The notes under the pieces: generated by a model
Told to the model about the DNA's origin: nothing
What the model saw: only the letters and a program-made list of their open reading frames with translations
Databases searched by the model: none
Translations under genes and position numbers: made by a program
Assembly (NCBI GenBank): GCA_048882045.1
Contig: JBHLRZ010000022.1
Coordinates: 1 to 56,560 of the forward strand
Source of the DNA: Candidatus Thorarchaeota archaeon
GTDB taxonomy: Archaea; Asgardarchaeota; Thorarchaeia; Thorarchaeales; Thorarchaeaceae
Direction of reading: 5' to 3'
DNA length: 56,560 nt
In this document: positions 1 through 9,507 of the stretch, in pieces
Layout: each line of letters opens with the position of its first letter
Numbering within the stretch: the first letter of the stretch is position 1

Positions 1-1
1 G

Positions 2-79
2 GGCAAGGAAGTAGACTTCAAGGTATTTAGTCAGTGGACCGGTTGCGGTCACCCATCCCAAGACTTCACGATAATCCAC
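2..79 (-). CDS. possible 5' end of a gene running off the left edge (hypothetical)
   Basis: GTG at 77-79 opens the frame VDYREVLGWVTATGPLTKYLEVYFLA to the window edge; too short to assign. Confidence 0.25.
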   Translation of the reverse strand, partial: MDYREVLGWVTATGPLTKYLEVYFLA

Positions 80-176
80 TCACATTCAAATCTGGCTTTC
101 TCAAAGAGTTTCATCCTCACCCCACAAACAAAAACCCTTAACTCCCAACAATACCCCTCGTCCCGTTTCCAATCCA

Positions 177-660
177 GTGCCATATCTGAACAGCATAGGC
201 GCACCTCAGATCAGGTGCCATATGCTGTTTCACAACCTAGAAAGATCCTACGATTAGGCGACCTTGAAATGAAGTTCCTAGGTCTTGAGATCAGGGTCCT
301 CGTCATAGGGTTTGGGCAAATGCATAGGAGTGCAACTTCCGACCTGGTAAAGCAAGACAGCGTTGGACACACTGCACGTACAGACAGTGATATCAAGTGT
401 GCAAAGGATTCTGCCAAGGAGGTCGGCGACAAAGCTGCATCAGAAAGTGATGCTGCAAGGAACCAAAACCAATTGGTCTGCAAGGAACCACAGCCAATTG
501 GTGAAGGTCTCGTGACATCGTCGATGACTTGAGCTCAAATCGCGATTCGCCCCGCCCATCCTCCACAATCCCTTGGTATCGCAACCCCTGTCTAGTAAGT
601 GCTATCCAACACATTGATTGCTGACCCTGGTTTGGGAAAATCTAACTCCTGCATTTGCCC
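177..660. ncRNA. candidate structured non-coding RNA
   Basis: Dense complementarity: 189-197/221-229, 235-240/278-283, 314-324/650-660, 339-345/420-426, 289-298/623-632; BRE/TATA-like AAAACCCTTAA at about 131-141; no convincing ORF. Confidence 0.4.
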
Positions 661-677
661 CTTTATTTACTGCCGGT

Positions 678-700
678 CTCAAATCACAGCTGACCCACTA
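678..700 (+). repeat. degenerate tRNA 3'-end-like repeat (left array copy A)
   Basis: ctcaaatcacagctgacccacta, 17/23 identical to the copy at 1680-1702. Confidence 0.45.
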
Positions 701-767
701 ATTTCTTTTCAACAGACATATCTACGAAACAGATGAAGAATCACCACTCTCAAGGAGGCGAGTCTAG

Positions 768-1247
768 ATGGATCAAGAAGAAACAATCCAATTCTTCAAG
801 GATGACCATCAGAATTTGATAGATGTGATATCTAAACTGACTGAATTCCAAATGAAAACTGACAAGGTCCAAGGAAGTTGGACTGTGAAGGACATTCTCG
901 CGCACATTTCAGCTTGGAATTGGGAGATTATCAAGCAAGCTGAGCTTGTTCTATCTAGAACAAAACCATGGTACACAGGCAAAACAGAAGCTGAGTTCAA
1001 TGAAGAAGCTGTGAAAACTCGTGAGTCTAAATCAATCGAGGAAATTATTTCAGAGTGGCATGAATCATTTGATGTTCTAATGTCAAAAATGGAGAGTTTC
1101 TCAGAAAAAGAATGGAATTTCGAACTTGATGAAGAATGGCCTGAGGGAGGAAAAGTTTGCGTCTCTTCTATCTTTGGATATCGATACCATAGCGAAGGAC
1201 ACGAGGGTGGACATGCAAAAGCAATCAGGAACTATTTCAAGCTTTGA
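768..1247 (+). CDS. DinB/ClbS-DfsB family four-helix bundle protein
   Basis: WTVKDILAHISAW motif, C-terminal H-E-x-x-H; AGGAGG RBS upstream. Confidence 0.8.
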   Translation: MDQEETIQFFKDDHQNLIDVISKLTEFQMKTDKVQGSWTVKDILAHISAWNWEIIKQAELVLSRTKPWYTGKTEAEFNEEAVKTRESKSIEEIISEWHESFDVLMSKMESFSEKEWNFELDEEWPEGGKVCVSSIFGYRYHSEGHEGGHAKAIRNYFKL

Positions 1248-1269
1248 TAGATTCATTTCAGGAGCAATT

Positions 1270-1292
1270 TTCAAATCTCTCCTTGGCCCACC
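1270..1292 (+). repeat. degenerate tRNA 3'-end-like repeat (left array copy B)
   Basis: ttcaaatctctccttggcccacc: T-loop TTCAAAT plus GGCCC acceptor-like 3' strand. Confidence 0.5.
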
Positions 1293-1341
1293 TAATCACT
1301 TCTGCAAGAATTTATGAAGTTCTACGAAAAAGAATGAACAA

Positions 1342-1668
1342 GTGGTAGATTTGGGTAGAAAGTATCACGCAAAGTGTGACTACTGTGGTGAAACTGAGGG
1401 AGAAGATTGGAGAAAGAGAGAGTTCAAGCTTTATTGTTCCAAGGACTGTCAGAGCGCTGGAGAAATGTGGAATTGGTTATGTGCGCTGATAGTGATGGGT
1501 CCATTGACGCTATCATTGATCTCCGAATTTGGCTTCTTTTCCTTCGCCTTTCCCATAATGTCCATATTCGTTCTATTTGATATAGCACTTTTAATCCTCA
1601 TATATCGAGGAATTCAGGCAAGAGATAGAGTTTCTCGAAGATCAAGAGTAGATCTAGATGAATGGTGA
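1342..1668 (+). CDS. hypothetical membrane protein with N-terminal Zn-binding (TRASH-like) motif
   Basis: CDYC...YCSKDC followed by two hydrophobic helices. Confidence 0.65.
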   Translation: MVDLGRKYHAKCDYCGETEGEDWRKREFKLYCSKDCQSAGEMWNWLCALIVMGPLTLSLISEFGFFSFAFPIMSIFVLFDIALLILIYRGIQARDRVSRRSRVDLDEW

Positions 1669-1672
1669 TCGA

Positions 1673-1702
1673 GTAGGAGTTCAAATCCCACCTGGCCCGC
1701 CA
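1673..1702 (+). repeat. tRNA 3'-end fragment (T-arm, acceptor 3' strand, CCA); att-like
   Basis: gtaggagTTCAAATcccacctggcccgCCA with no tRNA 5' half upstream. Confidence 0.7.
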
Positions 1703-1713
1703 TCCGCTTCTGT

Positions 1714-2331
1714 TCATATGTATCTACGTACTTGTTTCTTGTAATCTCGGTACTCATCTCCAAACTGCTCCTCAAGGAAATCCTCCTCCAATAAAATCCT
1801 AAAATGTTGATTGGCAAGAAAGATTACAAGTGTTACGACTACGAGAACATTAGGAAAAATAAGAGTCCAGCCAATCATCGAAACATGGAAACCAAAATAA
1901 ATAGGATTTCTAGAATGAGCATACCATCCATCCGTCATCAATTGGGTCCTTTCATTGTGTTTTGGGAGGAGTAGTCTGATACTGCTACCAAGATGAAAGA
2001 AAGCAGTTAGGAATATCATCGTACCAAGGAGCGTCAATCCACCACCTATGTTTTCCAGTGTTTCAAGTGTGAATGTGTCTAGAGGGAACGTGTAGAAGAT
2101 ATAATTCAGCACAAGATTTGGAAACCAGACATAGATTATTGTTAGTGCTGAAAGATAGATGAAGCTCAATATGGCCAAAGGAATAGTCAGACACGCCCAG
2201 CGTGGAACATCTGAGGGTGGTCTTCCTCCAAACCCAGAGATTTCACCAGACCGCTTTCTCTTTATTACAATAAGACCTAGGACAGTCATAATAGACCAAA
2301 ATACAGCTAGTGAAATCCTCGCAAACAACAT
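1714..2331 (-). CDS. isoprenylcysteine carboxyl methyltransferase / PEMT family membrane protein
   Basis: GWYAHSRNPIYFG and EEDFLEEQFGDEYRDYKKQVRRYI motifs; ATG at 2331 has a GGAGGAG RBS (ORF track start 2376). Confidence 0.85.
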   Translation of the reverse strand: MLFARISLAVFWSIMTVLGLIVIKRKRSGEISGFGGRPPSDVPRWACLTIPLAILSFIYLSALTIIYVWFPNLVLNYIFYTFPLDTFTLETLENIGGGLTLLGTMIFLTAFFHLGSSIRLLLPKHNERTQLMTDGWYAHSRNPIYFGFHVSMIGWTLIFPNVLVVVTLVIFLANQHFRILLEEDFLEEQFGDEYRDYKKQVRRYI

Positions 2332-2391
2332 TCTCCTCCTTCTCGGTCGATGACTTTGCTTTATACGTTTGGTCATGTCTAATTATGCTGT

Positions 2392-2414
2392 GACAAATCC
2401 CACCCGACTCGCTA
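2392..2414 (+). repeat. degenerate tRNA 3'-end-like repeat (left array copy D)
   Basis: gacaaatcccacccgactcgcta, 17/23 identical to 1680-1702. Confidence 0.55.
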
Positions 2415-2511
2415 TTCTTTTCCAGTCCCGATCAAATTCTAGCGGAAAATAACGAATATCTTGACAAGATTTACAACGATATGCCGCAACCCTATCAAGG
2501 GTCCAAAAAAC

Positions 2512-2985
2512 ATGAGCGTTTCTGTCAAAAAGGGAATTAGTTTTGGTGTAACATCAGGAGTCATTACAACCCTAGGAATGATTGTTGGTGTAAATGCAAG
2601 TACAAGTTCTCGTTTGGCTGTTATTGCAGCAATTGTAGCAATAGCTATTGCTGATGCTTTTTCTGATGCTGTTGCAATGCATGTATCCGAGGAATCCGAG
2701 GGTGTTCATTCACGAAAAGATCTTTGGGAGGCTACCTTGACCACATTTTTGGCAAAATTCATTTTTGCATTGACTTTTGTGATTCCAGTTTGGTTCATGT
2801 CTCTTGAAATAGCAGTAATAATCGATATCATGTGGGGGCTTCTTATTATGACCCTGTTTAACGTCTTCTTGGCTCGTTCGCAGAAAGAAAGTGTGTTGAG
2901 AGTAGTGATTGAACATCTTGCAATTGCTATCGTTGTTGTTTCAATCACTTTCTTCGTAGGATCTTATCTATCTACAATTGTCTGA
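2512..2985 (+). CDS. VIT1/CCC1 family membrane protein
   Basis: SFGVTSGVITTLG, AIADAFSDAVAMHVSEES motifs. Confidence 0.75.
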   Translation: MSVSVKKGISFGVTSGVITTLGMIVGVNASTSSRLAVIAAIVAIAIADAFSDAVAMHVSEESEGVHSRKDLWEATLTTFLAKFIFALTFVIPVWFMSLEIAVIIDIMWGLLIMTLFNVFLARSQKESVLRVVIEHLAIAIVVVSITFFVGSYLSTIV

Positions 2986-3004
2986 AAGTGATAATTGCAT
3001 GACT

Positions 3005-3066
3005 ATCTCAGTCTTCACGTCTGAGATGAACAATAAGAAATGGGGGGCATGAGAACCCCCCAAATT
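3005..3066. terminator. hairpins between convergent genes
   Basis: atctcag/ctgagat and gggggg/cccccc stems. Confidence 0.4.
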
Positions 3067-3093
3067 TGGATGAAGTTTCAGTTGGTTTGTCTT

Positions 3094-3321
3094 CTAGTCT
3101 GCATTGCGCATTGTTGTATAAGCATCAATGATACGCCACAGACCATGGACGACCACGAACGCTAACACACTCCATGTTATCATATTCGCATATGTACTAG
3201 ATGTGATTAGTGAGCCACCAATCTCATAGATGTAAGGTATGAAGGCAAAGATCAGGACAATTTCCAGAATTCCCATGATCAGCTGACCTACAAACCGCGG
3301 TTTCGCTACTCCTTTCTTCAT
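3094..3321 (-). CDS. small hypothetical membrane protein
   Basis: two hydrophobic helices; GGAG RBS. Confidence 0.6.
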   Translation of the reverse strand: MKKGVAKPRFVGQLIMGILEIVLIFAFIPYIYEIGGSLITSSTYANMITWSVLAFVVVHGLWRIIDAYTTMRNAD

Positions 3322-3410
3322 TATGTAAACAATCTCCCTTAGTTTGCACTATCGTCCCACGTTTTGCATTTAACTTATTCTTTGAATCCGGGTCTCTCTA
3401 TTTTACAGTC

Positions 3411-4385
3411 CTACTTTGATATCTTGCCAAGTTTCAAAATTACTTCTTCAGCCTCGGTCATTATTCTGTCCAATAGCTCTTGGACGGTGGGAACGTCATT
3501 GATCAGACCCACGCCCTGACCGCAGGATACCATTCCGAGATCAATGTCCCCTTCCTTGTACATCTTCTCAGACCTGTCTCCAGAGGCAACCTGAATTAGC
3601 TGGAACAAGGCCGCTCCTTGTGACTCAAGATCAAGCAACTGTTGAGCCGCCTTGTTTTTCCATATTCGGTGGGTATTGTTGACAGAACGCAAAGCCAGCG
3701 TAGTGTCAGTTTCCACTGCCTTGACGAAAGCCTGTTTGAGATTGTCATGGATGGGACATTCTTTTGTGGCCATTAGTCTAGTGCCCATGATCGCACCTTC
3801 AGCACCTAGTGCCAACACAGCCGCAACACCTCTGCCATCTGTTATTCCACCTCCAGCAATCACTGGAACATCTAGAGCGTCTACCACGGAGGGAGTCATC
3901 ACCATTGTTCCAATATCTAGAATTCCTGTGGCTCCACCATTCTCATATCCAACAACCGTTACCAAGTCTGCACCAAGAGATGCTCCCTTTTTCGCGTATC
4001 TCACTCCCGCACACTTGTGCATCCAGAGAGCTCCTCCATTCTTGAACCTAGGAATCAAGTCTTCTGGAGCTTTGTGGCCGCTAGTTTCGATAATCTTCGC
4101 ACCTTCTGCTAGCGTGGCGTCCACATAGTCCTCTAGCTTGTCTTGTGGCATCAGTGCAGGGAACAGATTGATATTCACTGCAAATGGCTGATTCGTGAGA
4201 GACTGTGTCTTTTTGATCGCATCACGTAGATCATCTGGGGACTTGTAATTTGCACTTGCTAACACAGCACAGGCTCCAGCGTTGCTAATAGCAGCAACGA
4301 ATTCAGGATTAGTTATCCTCGCCATGGCTCCTCCAATAATCGGATATTTGCAACCCAGCATCTCAGTTACTTTTGTTTTTATCAT
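3411..4385 (-). CDS. nitronate monooxygenase / FabK-like flavoenzyme
   Basis: YPIIGGAMA, PVIAGGGITDGRG, GAEGAIMGTR motifs. Confidence 0.85.
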   Translation of the reverse strand: MIKTKVTEMLGCKYPIIGGAMARITNPEFVAAISNAGACAVLASANYKSPDDLRDAIKKTQSLTNQPFAVNINLFPALMPQDKLEDYVDATLAEGAKIIETSGHKAPEDLIPRFKNGGALWMHKCAGVRYAKKGASLGADLVTVVGYENGGATGILDIGTMVMTPSVVDALDVPVIAGGGITDGRGVAAVLALGAEGAIMGTRLMATKECPIHDNLKQAFVKAVETDTTLALRSVNNTHRIWKNKAAQQLLDLESQGAALFQLIQVASGDRSEKMYKEGDIDLGMVSCGQGVGLINDVPTVQELLDRIMTEAEEVILKLGKISK

Positions 4386-4654
4386 TGGAATCGCACACTC
4401 TTCTTTCGACCTTTGATTAGTTCCTACAGATAAATTGCATCATGAGATGTTTGAAACCATATCTTTCAGTGAACATGCTAAGAAGATTCTCTTTGTCCTC
4501 AGACCTGAACAAATCCTCTCTGTTATCTGCCAGATTTACCATCTGTTCTTCCATACTCCTCGCAAACTCAAATTTCGATATCTTGTCTAAAACTGGTACG
4601 GGATTATAACATCTAATTCGATTATAGAGATGCGAATAGTCCAGGACTTGTCTG

Positions 4655-4936
4655 GTGGTACAATTGGAAGAACATGCATTCTCATTTGAATTGGAAGAAG
4701 CTCTTCCAGTGATATATCTCAATGGAAACACCTCACATCCAGCTCCTGTTCCAACTCTCTATGCCATCCGTTTCCTCTGTAGAGAGCTAGAGTTAGCACT
4801 GAACACTCTGCTTCATAGCCAAGAGCTCCAGGAAATTCTCAGTGAGAGAGAGGGGGAAAAGAACGAGATTTACGACCGTCTTCAGAGAATCATTCTCCGG
4901 TTCAAAGAATTTCTAATGGTAGATGCACGCAGATGA
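4655..4936 (+). CDS. hypothetical protein
   Basis: 93-aa ORF with protein-like helical composition. Confidence 0.45.
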   Translation: MVQLEEHAFSFELEEALPVIYLNGNTSHPAPVPTLYAIRFLCRELELALNTLLHSQELQEILSEREGEKNEIYDRLQRIILRFKEFLMVDARR

Positions 4937-5028
4937 CCGTGAAATGTCACAGAATGACAAATCTCTGCTTCAAAGACTTTAAGACGATTCTCGAACATAT
5001 ATTCTGCGAAATTTTGGGGGTTGAACAA

Positions 5029-6660
5029 TTGAAGCTTGTAGCTAGAGTCACAGGTATATTCTTCATGGCAATTCTAGTCTTATCCATAGGAACTTCAGTT
5101 CTAATTCCTGAGGATTATTCAACCTCGCACTTCCCAAGAAATGACACTACCCTCAGTCAATCTGTGGAAATCGAAATTGGGAATGATAGCGATTTCATTG
5201 ATCAGGGTTGGTCTGGGAATGGTACTGAAATAGATCCATTTGTTTTACAGAATCAAGGATTAGGTGTATCTGGTGACACCGGATTCATTGAAATTCGAAA
5301 TACAAGTTCCCATTTTGTGATAAGGAACTGTCAGCTTCTTCTATTAGACATCATATTCTTTGGCGTTTCGAACGGGAAAATTGAGGGTTCTACCCTAACA
5401 AATTGCTCAATTATCTTCGACAGTAGTCACGATTGCGTTTTGCTTGACAATGATATTTTCTACTCTACATATGGCTATGAAAACCTCTGGCTACTTAGAA
5501 CTACAGGTTGCGAGATAAGAGAGAATCAGTTTTCAGGAGGGTTCATAGGAATCTCACTAGAACAGTCAAACGATACTACTATTGCAGACAACACTTTCAT
5601 CGATCATACATTTGGAGCTGTTTCTGGTGATTTTGGTAATACAACACTGATAAACAACACATTTCAAGGAACAGGCATCAAGATGGAGTTCTGGGACCCC
5701 CGAATAGACGATATGCCTCCCAAATTCATCAACAACTCAGTAAACGGTAAGCCACCAGGCATCTTCTTCAACCTGGTCGATGCTGAGATTGATGGTTCTG
5801 ATTACGGACAAATCATTCTTGCTAGATGCAATGAAACAACAGTGGTTGGCGGATCAATTTCAAATTGTGTTTCAGGTGTCCAACTAATCCAAAGTATTAA
5901 CTGTACAATTGACGGAATTACAATCTCTGACTGCACATGGCAAGGAATCACTGCAGAGTGGTCTCCTCGAATTCGCATAGTTGATTCTCATATCAGCAAT
6001 GGCGACGAATTTGCAATATTCATGTCACAATGTCCTTTCTACTTCATTGATAACTGCACTATAGCCGACAATCTCGGTGGAATCCACCCTCATATCTATT
6101 CAAACAATGGAACTATCAAGAACTGCACAATTACTCGTAACAAACCACCTGAGTCAGAATATTTCCAAACTGTTGCAGGACTCCATCTCTCAAACAATGC
6201 AACTGCCATTGGAAACACAATCACTGAAAACAATGTTGGCATCATCATCTACGGAGCATATTGTCTTGTCATAGACAATGTGATCACTTACAATGGCTAT
6301 GGGATTTACATTACTGATACTTATGATGGATATGGTGAAGCTCCATATGCAAATAGAATCTATGGGAATGATATTGGCTGGAATTATATGAGAAATGCAT
6401 ACGATAATACGTTGAACTACAATCAATGGGATGACGGTGTCAGTATAGGAAATGCTTGGAGTGACTATTATGGAATTGGTTATTATGAAATTGCCCGCGA
6501 TACATATGATCACTTTCCAAGTTTTCTGCCAAAAGGAGGAATCCCCCTTTTCTACATCCATGTCGGAGTAGGAATCCCCACGAGCATTGCTATTATTGTT
6601 GCATTGATCATGGTTTCAAAAAGACGCGTTGGAATTCCCGACCAGCCATCAGAATCTTAG
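5029..6660 (+). CDS. secreted, membrane-anchored right-handed beta-helix (NosD/pectin-lyase-like) protein
   Basis: signal peptide, GWSGNGTEIDPF, repeated N-x-I-x-x-N beta-helix turns, NQWDDGVSIGNAWSDY, C-terminal TM; TTG at 5029 is the likely start. Confidence 0.8.
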   Translation: MKLVARVTGIFFMAILVLSIGTSVLIPEDYSTSHFPRNDTTLSQSVEIEIGNDSDFIDQGWSGNGTEIDPFVLQNQGLGVSGDTGFIEIRNTSSHFVIRNCQLLLLDIIFFGVSNGKIEGSTLTNCSIIFDSSHDCVLLDNDIFYSTYGYENLWLLRTTGCEIRENQFSGGFIGISLEQSNDTTIADNTFIDHTFGAVSGDFGNTTLINNTFQGTGIKMEFWDPRIDDMPPKFINNSVNGKPPGIFFNLVDAEIDGSDYGQIILARCNETTVVGGSISNCVSGVQLIQSINCTIDGITISDCTWQGITAEWSPRIRIVDSHISNGDEFAIFMSQCPFYFIDNCTIADNLGGIHPHIYSNNGTIKNCTITRNKPPESEYFQTVAGLHLSNNATAIGNTITENNVGIIIYGAYCLVIDNVITYNGYGIYITDTYDGYGEAPYANRIYGNDIGWNYMRNAYDNTLNYNQWDDGVSIGNAWSDYYGIGYYEIARDTYDHFPSFLPKGGIPLFYIHVGVGIPTSIAIIVALIMVSKRRVGIPDQPSES

Positions 6661-6662
6661 TC

Positions 6663-6697
6663 CCGTCATATGTCGGCCATCGACTGTCGGTATAAAT
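6663..6697 (+). promoter_or_regulatory. operator-like palindrome plus half-site and TATA box
   Basis: ccgtcatatgtcgg (13/14 to the core of the 7752 palindrome), tgtcggta half-site, tataaat. Confidence 0.55.
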
Positions 6698-6736
6698 GTT
6701 ATGCCATTTTCCACGGCATATTTACTCGTGATAACA

Positions 6737-6949
6737 ATGGCTTGCATAGCAAATCAAGAACAAATCCAGATGGACTTCTTCAAGCCCATCAAAGAGAATG
6801 GAAAGAAGCTCTCCACAACTGTTGAATCCTACGATGAAGAATCGAGGAGATTCCGGAAATATCTTGCACAGCAGGAGGCACTGCGTCAGCTCGAACAGAG
6901 AAAGACACAGGCTTTGGCTGCAGCACTTCGAGTGTCTTTTCTACGGTAA
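6737..6949 (+). CDS. small coiled-coil hypothetical protein
   Basis: ATG 6737 downstream of TATA; charged helical sequence; followed by hairpin and T-run. Confidence 0.55.
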   Translation: MACIANQEQIQMDFFKPIKENGKKLSTTVESYDEESRRFRKYLAQQEALRQLEQRKTQALAAALRVSFLR

Positions 6950-6953
6950 TCTG

Positions 6954-6993
6954 GAGGCGTAGTTGATGAGATTGCGCCTCTTTCCTTTTTTTT
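6954..6993 (+). terminator. hairpin plus oligo-T terminator
   Basis: gaggcgta/tgcgcctc stem followed by tttcctttttttt. Confidence 0.55.
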
Positions 6994-7000
6994 ATGAAAT

Positions 7001-7717
7001 CTAACTTGCACGTACAATAGAATCCTTTCGTTCTGCAGGAATCTGCCTGAACAGCTGAATGTGTGGAATGAGTGCTGTGATTATCTTGTTTTCTGCCTTC
7101 TTGAGATGCTCCAGAAAGGTAGTCCTTGAAATCTCCTCCTTAGATGCGATCGTCTGAAGATCAGAACCTCTTGGAAATCTGAAGTATCCCTGGGCGTAGG
7201 CTGTGAGCAGAGCGTGGATCTGCTTCTCAGTCAGTCCTGAGAAGAGTGCATCCGTTGTAAGCGTCAGGGAACTTGCGATATAGCCATCGAATGGTCTCTT
7301 TCTGATTATCTCTACTTCGAATCCATCATCATTCAACCTTGAGAGCAGCTTCTTTACATTGTCGTGTTTGAAAGCAATCAGTCTCATGTTTTCCCATCCG
7401 TTCTCATACGCTATCGGAGGTATCAGGAGGAGACTTGGATCATTGAGATAATGCTGTACTGTACCTGGTCCTCCACAGGAACACATCTGTGTGATGACGT
7501 GTGTGTTCTCACCGTTGTGAATCTCATCAATTATCTTAACGGCCTTTTTCATGCCATCACGAATTTGGTTATAGTCCTCCTGTTTTTGCATTATTAGTTC
7601 CATTATGTCGTGTGTGTCATTGCACCATTGGAATATCTTGACGGAGGGATGGTCTTCCGTGATCTGACTTAGGGGATTTTCATACCTAGCTCTGAATACA
7701 ACTTCGAATAGTGACAT
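7001..7717 (-). CDS. Bat/HTH-10 family transcriptional regulator
   Basis: LTEKQ..AL..AY.QGYF.FPR...L..IA....ISRTTFLEHLKKAENK signature. Confidence 0.85.
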   Translation of the reverse strand: MSLFEVVFRARYENPLSQITEDHPSVKIFQWCNDTHDIMELIMQKQEDYNQIRDGMKKAVKIIDEIHNGENTHVITQMCSCGGPGTVQHYLNDPSLLLIPPIAYENGWENMRLIAFKHDNVKKLLSRLNDDGFEVEIIRKRPFDGYIASSLTLTTDALFSGLTEKQIHALLTAYAQGYFRFPRGSDLQTIASKEEISRTTFLEHLKKAENKIITALIPHIQLFRQIPAERKDSIVRAS

Positions 7718-7751
7718 AGTATAATCTAAGCACTCACAGATTTATTAACTC

Positions 7752-7769
7752 TACCGACATATGTCGGTA
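7752..7769. promoter_or_regulatory. perfect 18-bp palindromic operator
   Basis: taccgacatatgtcggta between the divergent regulator and LDI-like gene. Confidence 0.65.
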
Positions 7770-7862
7770 TTTTCAACTTACACCACTCTGGAAACTATTT
7801 AAAGTGAATCTCATCTATTCCTGTGATTCTTCAGTTTCATTGAATCCGTGGTGTGACTCCTA

Positions 7863-9506
7863 ATGTCCCATGTCATCAGACAGAATAAATTCGTTATTAC
7901 TTCCATGATAATTTCCATAGTTCTTGCTGGTATGACTTTCGGAAATATGCCTCCTCCCCCAATACCTATGGGAGTGCAGACAATCGATGGAACCACCTTC
8001 AACTTTGCTGATTACCCTGCATTGACTCATGAACAGATTGCCATTATCAACTACTTCAATCGTCTTGTAATAGATCAACCTGTAAACTCCTGGAATGGAT
8101 GGAACGCTGAGAATTTCCTATGGGCTCTCCACTATATTCACGCCTTTGTCAGCTATATTTATGCTGCATTTTGCGAAACCACCTCTGGTTATAGGACTTC
8201 TCAACATCTTGACTTCACCTACACCTTGATTGAGAAAATGAATACAACCTTAGCTGAATACGGAAACCATTCTGTAGAATATTACGAGTGGGAGTCTAAT
8301 ACAGGCTTTACTGATTATTACTATCCCAACGCCACCCATCCTGACGCAGACGATGTATACACAGGAGGGTTCAGAGGGCCGGCAAATATCATGTGGACCG
8401 GTCACTATGCACTCATGATGGCCTTATATGAGAGAAACTTCAATACTGGAGATTTCTCAGACGAGTTGAGCTGGTTTATAGACAGTTGGAAAAACTCTAC
8501 CACGACCGATGGTTTTGGAAACCCTAAAGATGGTGGGATATGGGGTGCAGGCCTAATTCCATGTGAACCGTATATTGTGTTTGCTCAATGCAACAGTATT
8601 CCAATGTATACAACTACACTCTACGACAATATGTATGGAACAGATTTCATGGGGACTGGAATGTGGAACCATGGACTAGAATTCATTGAAGAGAATATGA
8701 CCGACGAATATGGCCTGTATATAGATGGATATTTTGTACAGAACCCTGTAGGTCCTGGACCTAATGCTGAGTACGTTCCAGACATAGTCCCCGGACAAGC
8801 AGAGGACCTTCTGGTAGATGGTCCAAAGCTCAACTCGTATGGATTGTCTTGGGCTTTGATGTTCTTAGAATACATAATACCCGATATTGTCATCCCCAAA
8901 TACCCCATCTTTCTTGACCACTATGGTGTGGATGTGTCAGGGGACAAGATGTACATACTTGGATCATACCACAGTCCAAATCTGTTTGGTGATGTGTTTG
9001 GTGCTCTGGGGACTCTCTTTACTATGGTATTAGCCAATCAGAGAGGTGACTATGCCACAAGGAACCGTTTGACCAACCTCATGCAGAACCTATTCAATAA
9101 GAAGTGGTCTTCCGACGGGAGAGAGATGTACTATGATGCATCAAGTCTTGAACCGTTTCTCTCTCCGAATCTCTCAGGATTCTCAGTCTGGTCAACCTTG
9201 CCAGTTACAGTCCGAGATTTGGCTGACGCTCGTCCATCCGAATTCTGGGATTATCCCTACATCAGCGACGCTGATGATGACAACATCTGGGTTTACCAGG
9301 CTCAATGGGACCCAGATAAATCGGGATTCATTCTAAACATCAAGGTCGATAGTGCGTCTGAGCTGACATTCAGCAATTTCCAGAGCACTCCTACTGCTTA
9401 CTCTTATGGAGTATCAATCGGAGAACTCACTCCAGCTTCTGGTGGTGAATTTACTCTGAACCTCCAACCAGGGTCTTATCAGTTGGTAATAATGGAGGGT
9501 ACGTGA
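7863..9506 (+). CDS. linalool dehydratase/isomerase-like secreted protein
   Basis: NIMWTGHYALMMALYE and CEPYIVFAQCNS...LYDNMYGTDF match LDI motifs (NIMYKGHLNLM; CEP...QCNS...YD..HGTDY); N-terminal signal/anchor. Confidence 0.7.
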   Translation: MSHVIRQNKFVITSMIISIVLAGMTFGNMPPPPIPMGVQTIDGTTFNFADYPALTHEQIAIINYFNRLVIDQPVNSWNGWNAENFLWALHYIHAFVSYIYAAFCETTSGYRTSQHLDFTYTLIEKMNTTLAEYGNHSVEYYEWESNTGFTDYYYPNATHPDADDVYTGGFRGPANIMWTGHYALMMALYERNFNTGDFSDELSWFIDSWKNSTTTDGFGNPKDGGIWGAGLIPCEPYIVFAQCNSIPMYTTTLYDNMYGTDFMGTGMWNHGLEFIEENMTDEYGLYIDGYFVQNPVGPGPNAEYVPDIVPGQAEDLLVDGPKLNSYGLSWALMFLEYIIPDIVIPKYPIFLDHYGVDVSGDKMYILGSYHSPNLFGDVFGALGTLFTMVLANQRGDYATRNRLTNLMQNLFNKKWSSDGREMYYDASSLEPFLSPNLSGFSVWSTLPVTVRDLADARPSEFWDYPYISDADDDNIWVYQAQWDPDKSGFILNIKVDSASELTFSNFQSTPTAYSYGVSIGELTPASGGEFTLNLQPGSYQLVIMEGT

Positions 9507-9507
9507 G

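Noticed and set aside
215-532. ORFs 215-532 (+), 211-483 (-) and 393-614 (-)
   Set aside because: No recognisable motifs, and they overlap a strongly self-complementary region; not called as CDS, though not excluded.
534-558. ctcaaatcgcgattcgccccgccca as another tRNA-end copy
   Set aside because: Only the T-loop-like part matches; the acceptor strand register is poor.
3381-3396. tttgaatccgggtctc resembling a reverse tRNA T-arm 5' half
   Set aside because: Too short and isolated; no acceptor strand.
4417-4731. ORF 4417-4731 (-)
   Set aside because: No motif, and it overlaps the more plausible plus-strand ORF; a shorter version cannot be supported.
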